From a virus (Duplodnaviria > Caudoviricetes): a stretch of DNA of 24,582 bases. The position numbers and the translations under genes were made by a program. Under the pieces are notes generated by a model, which did no database searches, was not told the DNA's origin, and saw only the letters and a list, made by a program, of their open reading frames with translations. Below are positions 1 to 6,955 of this stretch, one piece after another. The stretch covers positions 1 through 24,582 of the IMG/VR virus record IMGVR_UViG_3300020440_000840; one strand, written 5' to 3'. Each line of letters begins with the position of its first letter. Within the stretch, counting starts at the first letter, position 1.

Positions 1-2
1 CA

Positions 3-104
3 AGAATCAACAAAGAGGTAGGTTACGAAGGAACACCTTTTGTTGGAGATGTATTGCAAGACGCTGGAAATGTAGACTTAGGTCTTCGCAAAGCACAAAA
101 ATAA
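3..104 (+). CDS. 3' end of an upstream gene (partial, ...GYEGTPFVGDVLQDAGNVDLGLRKAQK*)
   Basis: Frame 3 is open from the window edge to TAA 102-104, followed by an intergenic hairpin and promoters. Product not recognised. Confidence 0.55.
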   Translation, partial: RINKEVGYEGTPFVGDVLQDAGNVDLGLRKAQK

Positions 105-120
105 ATAGTTTTTAAAACTA

Positions 121-150
121 GGGAGAGGTCTGCCGACAAGGGCCTCTCCT
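121..150. terminator. GC-rich hairpin, possible intrinsic terminator
   Basis: GGGAGAGGTCT (121-131) pairs with GGGCCTCTCCT (140-150) including G-U pairs, 16 nt after the upstream stop. There is no U-tract on +, and a short one (TAGTTTT) on the - strand. Confidence 0.5.
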
Positions 151-172
151 ACTAAAACCCTCAAAAAATAGC

Positions 173-201
173 TTGACATTTATCTCAATATACCATATAA
201 T
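173..201 (+). promoter_or_regulatory. sigma70-type (early) promoter
   Basis: Perfect TTGACA (173-178), 17-nt spacer, TATAAT (196-201), with an A-rich UP-like tract upstream, in an intergenic region. Confidence 0.85.
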
Positions 202-216
202 GTAAGAAACTAGAAG

Positions 217-224
217 TATAAATA
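217..224 (+). promoter_or_regulatory. T4 gp55-type late promoter TATAAATA
   Basis: Exact T4 late consensus, intergenic, upstream of the GGAG SD and ATG 288. Confidence 0.75.
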
Positions 225-287
225 GTATTGTCGTTGTGAATAGTACATTTATGGATTCGTTATATATATGGAACAATTGGGAGACAC

Positions 288-1499
288 ATGTTTAGTTTTA
301 AAGGATATCAGACTAAGGCAAAGAATAAGCACTTAGAACATCTAGAGGACCAGATTATAGACAATGGTTCAGCAGGTGGTCAAAATGCTGTAAATTTTTT
401 AGTTGCAATTCGCAACATGCTAGCCGGTTCATCTAGAGGTAAAGTCAATATGACTGTTAAGTGGGATGGTGCCCCAGCAGTTATCTGTGGTATTAATCCT
501 GAAAACGGCAAATTCTTTGTAGGTACTAAATCAGTATTCAACAAAACACCTAAAATAAACTATACAGTTTCAGATATAAGCAGAAATCATTCAGGTGTAC
601 TTGCAAGTAAACTTGCAGTATGTTTATCACAATTAAAAAGAATAGTAACTAATGGTGTCTATCAAGGCGATTTATTATTTACAAGAGGTGATGTTAAAAA
701 GGCAAACATAGACGGACAATCTATGATTACATTTACACCCAACACAATTACATATGCAATGCCTACAACATCAGGTATAGGTAGAAAAATTGCAAGTGCA
801 AAACTAGGCATAGTCTTTCATACAAAATACTCTGGAAAAACAATGCAAAGTTTAACAGCAGGTTTCGGTACAGTTACAGGTGGGGGTGGTAGAAATGTAT
901 ATCTTGCTTCAGCAGGTTATAAAGATACATCAGGCTCATCTAAATTCACATCATCAGAATTGTCAAGATTTGATTCACTAATTAGAATGGCAAAAGGTTC
1001 ATTATCAAAAGCAGGTCCTATGTTAAATCAAATGGACAGTAGAGACCCAACATCAGTAGGATATAGATTAAAAACATTTTTTAATTCTGTAATTAGAAAC
1101 AGTACAGGTGGTATGGGTAAAGTTAAAACATTACAAGGACAATTTAGAGAGTATTACGAAAGTTTTATTAATGCAGAAATATCTGCTAGAAAGACAACAG
1201 CAGGTAAACAAAAATTTATACAAGCAAAAAAAGATAATTTAAAATTTATTGATAAAAATCAAAGTGCATTATATATGGCAATTGCAAGTCATGTCAGTTT
1301 GGCAAATGCAAAGAATTTCTTAGTAAGTAAACTATCACAAATACAAAGTATAGGACACTTTCTAAAAACATCAAATGGATATAAGGTAACAGCACCTGAA
1401 GGTTTTGTCGCAGTAGATAGAAGCGCTGGTGCAGTTAAACTTGTAGATAGATTAGAATTTAGTCGTGCAAATTTTACAATGGATAAAGATTGGGGATAA
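288..1499 (+). CDS. Conserved T4-like marine phage protein (DUF6267-like) with covalent nucleotidyltransferase/ligase motifs
   Basis: 403 aa. HLEHLED; TVKWDG (motif I-like KxDG, K58); YQGDLLF; PEGFV; AVKLV. SD GGAG before the ATG. Confidence 0.7.
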   Translation: MFSFKGYQTKAKNKHLEHLEDQIIDNGSAGGQNAVNFLVAIRNMLAGSSRGKVNMTVKWDGAPAVICGINPENGKFFVGTKSVFNKTPKINYTVSDISRNHSGVLASKLAVCLSQLKRIVTNGVYQGDLLFTRGDVKKANIDGQSMITFTPNTITYAMPTTSGIGRKIASAKLGIVFHTKYSGKTMQSLTAGFGTVTGGGGRNVYLASAGYKDTSGSSKFTSSELSRFDSLIRMAKGSLSKAGPMLNQMDSRDPTSVGYRLKTFFNSVIRNSTGGMGKVKTLQGQFREYYESFINAEISARKTTAGKQKFIQAKKDNLKFIDKNQSALYMAIASHVSLANAKNFLVSKLSQIQSIGHFLKTSNGYKVTAPEGFVAVDRSAGAVKLVDRLEFSRANFTMDKDWG

Positions 1500-1500
1500 T

Positions 1501-2799
1501 ATGTCAGTAAAAGAAGAAGAAATAAAAAAGTTTTCAAGTAGTATTAAGATGACTACACACGAAACACCTATGCTAGATGAACTAGAGAATGGTCCATGGC
1601 CTTCATTCATATCGGGCATTAAGAGACTTAGAGATGACCATCCTGAAGATAGAATTAACAAGATGACTAATGACTTACTAGGTCAATTAGAACACTCTTA
1701 CGAGACTAGGAAAGGGTATTGGAAGGGTGGTACAGTATCAGTCTATGGTTATGGTGGTGGTATCATACCTAGATTCTCTGAAGTCGGAAATGCATTTCCA
1801 GAATCAAAAGAGTTTCATACATTAAGAGTACAACCACCTGCTGGCAATTATTATACAACAGATATATTAAGACAGTTAGCAGATTCATGGGAAAAATCTG
1901 GTTCCGGATTGGTTACATTTCACGGGCAGACAGGTAACATTATGTTTATCGGTTCTACAACGGAAAACACTCAACACTTTTTTGATGAAATAAATGATTA
2001 TGGATTTGATTTAGGTGGTGCAGGCCCATGTGTAAGAACTGCTATGTCATGTGTAGGTGCTGGTAGATGTGAGATGTCAAACATTAATGAACATAAGGCA
2101 CATAGATTATTAGTTAATAACTTTACTGATGATGTACATAGACCTGCTTTACCATATAAGTTTAAATTTAAAGTATCAGGTTGTCCTAATGATTGTATGA
2201 ACAGTATCGAAAGGGCAGATATGTCTATTATAGGAACATGGCGTGATGACATGAAAGTAGACCAAGAAGCATGGAAAGAATTTTTAGATACAAAGGGTAG
2301 AAAGTATGCGATTGATAATATCATAACTAGATGTCCTACAAATAGTTTATCTATGAATGATGATGATACACTTGATGTAGATAACAAGTCATGTGTAAGA
2401 TGTATGCATTGTCTCAATGTAGTACCTAAAGCATTACATCCAGGTGATGATAAAGGGGCAACAATACTTATGGGTGGTAAAAGAACATTGAAGATTGGTG
2501 ACCTTATGGGTACAGTTATAAAACCATTTGTTAAATTAGAGACAGAAGAAGATTGGGAATATCTAGTTGAACTTGCAGAGAAGACAATAGACTTTTGGGC
2601 AGATAATGCCTTAGAACATGAAAGATGTGGTGAGATGATAGAGAGAATAGGATTAAGTAACTTCTTAGACGGCATTGAGGAAGATGTTGATGTTAATATG
2701 GTAGGTCATCCTAGAGAATCAAGTTATGTAAGACTTGATGATTGGGATGATGAGGCTAAGAAATGGTATGAAAAGGCAGATGAGAGAAATAGTGCATGA
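1501..2799 (+). CDS. dsrA: Dissimilatory sulfite reductase alpha subunit, reverse/oxidative type (phage AMG)
   Basis: TPMLDELENGPWPSF, GYWKGGTVSVYGYGGGIIPRFSE, siroheme/[4Fe-4S] CX5C (CVGAGRC) and CX3C (CPNDC), YKFKFK, ferredoxin CP..CVRCMHC. Start placed at ATG 1501 directly after the upstream TAA (GGGGA SD-like). ATG 1549 is an alternative. Confidence 0.95.
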   Translation: MSVKEEEIKKFSSSIKMTTHETPMLDELENGPWPSFISGIKRLRDDHPEDRINKMTNDLLGQLEHSYETRKGYWKGGTVSVYGYGGGIIPRFSEVGNAFPESKEFHTLRVQPPAGNYYTTDILRQLADSWEKSGSGLVTFHGQTGNIMFIGSTTENTQHFFDEINDYGFDLGGAGPCVRTAMSCVGAGRCEMSNINEHKAHRLLVNNFTDDVHRPALPYKFKFKVSGCPNDCMNSIERADMSIIGTWRDDMKVDQEAWKEFLDTKGRKYAIDNIITRCPTNSLSMNDDDTLDVDNKSCVRCMHCLNVVPKALHPGDDKGATILMGGKRTLKIGDLMGTVIKPFVKLETEEDWEYLVELAEKTIDFWADNALEHERCGEMIERIGLSNFLDGIEEDVDVNMVGHPRESSYVRLDDWDDEAKKWYEKADERNSA

Positions 2800-3398
2800 A
2801 AAGATTTAAGTCTTATATAAAAGAAGAAATACCTGGCATACAAATGAGAATCATTATGTTAGGTGGTCCTGGTTCAGGTAAATCAACATACTCTAAATTT
2901 TTAACTAAAGAGTTTATGATACCTCATGTTTATACAGGTGATATGATGAGAAACTTGGCAAAGATGGATACACCTACTGGTCGTAAAGTTAGAAGTGCAT
3001 TAGACAAAGGCGATTATGTTGATACTAAAATTGTACTAGATACATTACAAAAAAGATTATCTAGAAAAGATACAGAAAGAGGATATGTCTTAGATGGTTT
3101 TCCTAGAAGTATGGAACAAGTAAAAGAAATGGAAGATAGAAACATAGGTTTTGACCATGCAGTTTATCTAGATGTTGCCGAAGAAGAAGTCATTAGAAGA
3201 TTAATGTCTAGAGGTCGTGCAGATGATAAACCAGAAATAATTAAAAACAGAATTAAAGTTTACAAGAAACAAACACAACCTGTGATAGATTATTATAAAG
3301 ATAAACTTATAACAATTAAGGCAAAAGGTGGTGAAGAAATAGAAGACATAGCCGCATTAATAATAAAACAGATTAAGGATAAAGATGAAAGAATTTAA
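2796..3398 (+). CDS. adk: Adenylate kinase (short-LID type) with an N-terminal extension
   Basis: MRIIMLGGPGSGKST P-loop, TGDMMR, GYVLDGFPR, RGRADD..IKNRIKVY..QT.PVIDYY. ATGA overlap with the dsrA stop. Confidence 0.9.
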   Translation: MKRFKSYIKEEIPGIQMRIIMLGGPGSGKSTYSKFLTKEFMIPHVYTGDMMRNLAKMDTPTGRKVRSALDKGDYVDTKIVLDTLQKRLSRKDTERGYVLDGFPRSMEQVKEMEDRNIGFDHAVYLDVAEEEVIRRLMSRGRADDKPEIIKNRIKVYKKQTQPVIDYYKDKLITIKAKGGEEIEDIAALIIKQIKDKDERI

Positions 3399-4074
3399 AA
3401 GTTTTAAAGAACAATACTTACAAGAAGGTGTATATGACCCTGGCATATTCAAGGCATATTTTCTTGCAGGTGGTCCTGGTTCAGGTAAAACATTTGTAAC
3501 AAAATCTGCTTTTGCAGGTACAGGTTTAAAACTTATAAACTCTGATGATGTACTTACAAGATATTTAAACAAAGAGGGCCTATCTTTAAAAATGCCTGAA
3601 AAAGAAAAAGAAAAAAGAGATGAACTTAGACTAAAGGCAAAGATTACAACACAAAATAGATTAGATTTATATATTCAAGGTAGACTAGGATGTATTATGG
3701 ATGGTACTGCTAGAGACTATGGAAAAATATCTACACAACAAAGACTATTTAAATTTTTAGGATATCAAACAATTATGATGTTCGTTAATACAAGTCTAGA
3801 TGTTGCATTAGAAAGAAATGCAAATAGAAGCAGAAGTGTGCCAGAAAATATAGTTAAAACAAATTGGAATGTAGTGCAAAGTAATATGGGCAAATTTCAA
3901 TCATTGTTTCAAGCAAAAAACTTTTTTATAATTGACAATAGTAATAGTGAAAAAGAATTAGTAACAGTAACTTTAAATAGATGTGCAAGTATTGTAAGAA
4001 AAACTATGAATCAACCTCATGGGTTTATCGCACAACAATGGATAAATAGACAGTTAAGGATTAAACAAAGATGA
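3385..4074 (+). CDS. P-loop kinase, PNK/zeta-toxin/AAA_33-like
   Basis: LAGGPGSGKT, INSDD, IMDGT, and a lid ALERNANRSRSVPENIV resembling the T4 Pnk kinase lid RNxxR..VP. AAGGA SD. Confidence 0.75.
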   Translation: MKEFKSFKEQYLQEGVYDPGIFKAYFLAGGPGSGKTFVTKSAFAGTGLKLINSDDVLTRYLNKEGLSLKMPEKEKEKRDELRLKAKITTQNRLDLYIQGRLGCIMDGTARDYGKISTQQRLFKFLGYQTIMMFVNTSLDVALERNANRSRSVPENIVKTNWNVVQSNMGKFQSLFQAKNFFIIDNSNSEKELVTVTLNRCASIVRKTMNQPHGFIAQQWINRQLRIKQR

Positions 4075-6692
4075 AATTTTATAAAGACTTAATAGAATCA
4101 GTAATTGATATACCTAGGAAAGATTATGCACCTGGTGTATTTGATGACGCTGATTCTGAAAATCCTAAACTAAAACAAAAAGTTTTAGATATGATTGATA
4201 AACAGATTAAAGAGTTTGAAAAACTTGCACCAGTTATATCAACATCATTAATAGGCTCTATACTTACAAAGAGATATCGTAATGACGCTGACTTAGATAT
4301 CAATGTATTATTTGATATACCTGAAGATGAACAAGAAGAAAGGAGAGAACAATACTCTAGTTTACTAAAAGATATCAATGGTAAGAATGTGCCAGGCACA
4401 GAACATCCTGTAAACTATTATGTCATTACAGACCCTAAAGTTTTAGAAAACAATAACAAAAAGGCAGATGGTATCTTCTCTATAAAAGATAACAAGTGGA
4501 TTAAAAAACCAGATGAAGATACTTTTGAACCAGAGAAGTATGAGGCAGATTTTAGAAAACAAGTACAAGAACTTGACATTATAAAAGGCGAACTTAAAAG
4601 AGATATTGTAGATTATAAAGAACTCAAACAATTAACAAACAATGATGTACTAAATCTACAAGCATTAGTCAATGAAAAACTAGAAGAAATAGAAGAATCA
4701 ATTAGAAAACTAAAAGAGATTGGTGATACTATCACAAACGATAGGAGAGATATCTTTAGTAGAGAAATGACACCTGATGAAATCAGAGAGTTTGGTAAAC
4801 AAAACAAACTACCTAAGAATGTCATTTATAAGATGTTAGAAAAATATCACTACATGAAATTTTATAAGTATCTTAAAAAGATATTAGAAGATGATAAGAT
4901 TACAGATAAAGAGATAGATGATTTATCTATCAATGAGGCACCTGAATATTCTAAAGGAACAATGGCACTTGCATTTGGTAGATTTAATCCACCTACAATA
5001 GGTCATGAAAAACTTTTAAGAAAAGTCGCACAGACACCAGGTGATTTTAAACATGTCTATCTAAGTAAAAGTAATGACCCTAAAAGTAATCCTTTAACAC
5101 CTACACAAAAGATTAAGTACATGAGAAATATGTTCCCACAACATAGAAGTATGTTTAGAATACCTAAATCAAATATGATATTAGATATTGCAACAGAAAT
5201 ATATAATGATGGTTATACAAATATAAATTTTGTTGCAGGTAGTGATAGAGTACAAGAATTTAAAACAATATTAAACAGATATAATAATGTAAAATCAAGA
5301 CATGGTTTTTATAACTTTAAAAATATAAAAGTTATAAGTGCAGGTGAAAGAGACCCAGACGCCGAAGGTGCTACAGGTATGAGTGCAAGTAAAATGAGAA
5401 AAGCTGTTGCACAAGGCGATTTAAAATCATTTGAAAAAGGTTTGCCAAGAGGATTTAGAGGAGAAAAAGATTTGTTTAGAGATGTTGCAGTAGGTATGAG
5501 AGTAGATTTCAAAAAGGCATTAGCCGCTTCAAGAAACCATTACTTTGGTTATCAATATAAACCTGTTGCAAGTTTAGAAGCATTTGAAAAGAAACAATTG
5601 AGAGATTTATATATTAGAGAAGTTATCTTTAATATAAATGACAAAGTACATTATGTGAAAGAAGATATACATGGTAAGATTGTAAGAAGAAGTACGAACT
5701 ATATTGTACTTGAAGATTCAGAAGAAAACTTACACAAGGCATGGATATATGATTGTGTACCTGATTCAGCAGATAAAGAGGTTGCAATTAGAGAATTTAA
5801 TTTAGATGTAGATTATGGCTTTGAAGCTGTATCGGAGGGAGACATGAAAGAAAAGAAAAAATTGGCACAGGATCCTGATGTTAGAAAAGAACCTGGAAGT
5901 CAACCAAAGAAATATTATAAGACATTAAGTAAAGATGTAAAACAAAAGAGGTCAGACCACTTTAAGAAACAAGATACAAATGCACCTGGTTACAAACCAG
6001 CGCCTGGTGATGACACAGCAAAGACTAAAACATCTAAACATACTAAGAAGTTTAAACAGATGTATGGTGAAGCTAAAGATGAGTTTCATCTATTTGATAA
6101 TAAAAAAGACGCTGAAAAAAAGGCAAAAGAGATTGGTGGTAAAGTAATAGACGGAACTTCTTTTAGGGCAGGTCATTATGCTGTATATAAAGGAAAATCA
6201 GTAAAAGAATCTTATGAAATAGGGGCAGATTATGCCAATCATACTAAAGAAATCACACCTGGAGAGACACCAGATGAGAAACCTGTTGATTCTAAACTAA
6301 GAACTCCTGAAAATCCTCAAAACAAAGAGTTAAAAAAGGATAAATATAGTATGAAGTCATTCAAAGAGTATGTAGAAGATGATATATATGCACATCTAGA
6401 AGAAGAACTAGAGATTACAGAGGCAGAATATCAAGGGAAAAAAGTGAAACTTAATGACCCTGTAAGAGGTGGTAGTAAGAAGTTTTATGTATATGTCAAG
6501 AATGAAAAAGGTAATGTGGTCAAAGTATCTTTTGGTGATACAACAGGATTGAGTATCAAAAGAGATGACCCAGAGAGGAGAAAGAACTTTAGGGCAAGAC
6601 ATAATTGTGACCAGAAGAAAGATAAAACTACAGCAGGTTATTGGTCATGTAGAATGTGGACTGCTAAAACTAAAGTATCGGATTTAGACTGA
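4071..6692 (+). CDS. Multidomain protein: polbeta-type nucleotidyltransferase, HIGH-family (cytidyltransferase-like) NTase and small basic C-terminal modules
   Basis: IGSILTKRYRNDADLDINV (GS..DxD); FGRFNPPTIGH, AGSDR, SAGERDPD..GMSASKMR; C-terminal modules YKPAPGD..KTKTSKHT and FRARHNC..AGYWSC. Confidence 0.8.
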   Translation: MKFYKDLIESVIDIPRKDYAPGVFDDADSENPKLKQKVLDMIDKQIKEFEKLAPVISTSLIGSILTKRYRNDADLDINVLFDIPEDEQEERREQYSSLLKDINGKNVPGTEHPVNYYVITDPKVLENNNKKADGIFSIKDNKWIKKPDEDTFEPEKYEADFRKQVQELDIIKGELKRDIVDYKELKQLTNNDVLNLQALVNEKLEEIEESIRKLKEIGDTITNDRRDIFSREMTPDEIREFGKQNKLPKNVIYKMLEKYHYMKFYKYLKKILEDDKITDKEIDDLSINEAPEYSKGTMALAFGRFNPPTIGHEKLLRKVAQTPGDFKHVYLSKSNDPKSNPLTPTQKIKYMRNMFPQHRSMFRIPKSNMILDIATEIYNDGYTNINFVAGSDRVQEFKTILNRYNNVKSRHGFYNFKNIKVISAGERDPDAEGATGMSASKMRKAVAQGDLKSFEKGLPRGFRGEKDLFRDVAVGMRVDFKKALAASRNHYFGYQYKPVASLEAFEKKQLRDLYIREVIFNINDKVHYVKEDIHGKIVRRSTNYIVLEDSEENLHKAWIYDCVPDSADKEVAIREFNLDVDYGFEAVSEGDMKEKKKLAQDPDVRKEPGSQPKKYYKTLSKDVKQKRSDHFKKQDTNAPGYKPAPGDDTAKTKTSKHTKKFKQMYGEAKDEFHLFDNKKDAEKKAKEIGGKVIDGTSFRAGHYAVYKGKSVKESYEIGADYANHTKEITPGETPDEKPVDSKLRTPENPQNKELKKDKYSMKSFKEYVEDDIYAHLEEELEITEAEYQGKKVKLNDPVRGGSKKFYVYVKNEKGNVVKVSFGDTTGLSIKRDDPERRKNFRARHNCDQKKDKTTAGYWSCRMWTAKTKVSDLD
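6339..6346 (+). promoter_or_regulatory. Possible internal late promoter GATAAATA before in-frame ATG 6351
   Basis: 7/8 match to TATAAATA, overlapping an AAGGA SD. The ATG 4 nt later begins MKSFKEYVE. Confidence 0.4.
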
Positions 6693-6955
6693 TGAACTAT
6701 AAAGAATTTACAAAGAAGTCATATGGATTAGAGGCAAAAGAAGTGCCACTTAAACCATTAACATACTCTGAAGTAAAAGAAGACATAAGAGTTTCAGACC
6801 CAACAGGTAAAAAGAAAGCTTATGCAAAAAGTTATGCAGATGTATATAAGGATACACATAGAGGGGCACCTGATATTAAAAATGAAAAACCAGGTGAATT
6901 TACTTTAAGTGGTAAAGATGAAAAACTAGTCGCAGATTTAGTGAGGGACAAATGA
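6692..6955 (+). CDS. Hypothetical protein with a CTS-like start (MNYKEF)
   Basis: 87 aa, overlapping the stop/start of both neighbours. Confidence 0.7.
   Translation: MNYKEFTKKSYGLEAKEVPLKPLTYSEVKEDIRVSDPTGKKKAYAKSYADVYKDTHRGAPDIKNEKPGEFTLSGKDEKLVADLVRDK

Noticed and set aside
1465-1500. Longer dsrA start at 1465
   Set aside because: Overlaps the conserved C-terminus of the upstream gene and has no SD. 1501 fits the operon packing.
1501-3398. Cellular dsr locus or host contamination
   Set aside because: No dsrB or other dsr genes. Flanks are phage genes with coupled junctions and similar base composition.
4953-4964. Internal start (AAGGA-ACA-ATG) at the HIGH domain
   Set aside because: SD-to-ATG spacing of 3 nt is too short to be convincing.
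3385-5500. APS kinase or ATP sulfurylase completing a sulfur pathway
   Set aside because: The kinase lacks LDGDNxR and the HIGH domain lacks QTRNPxHxxH.
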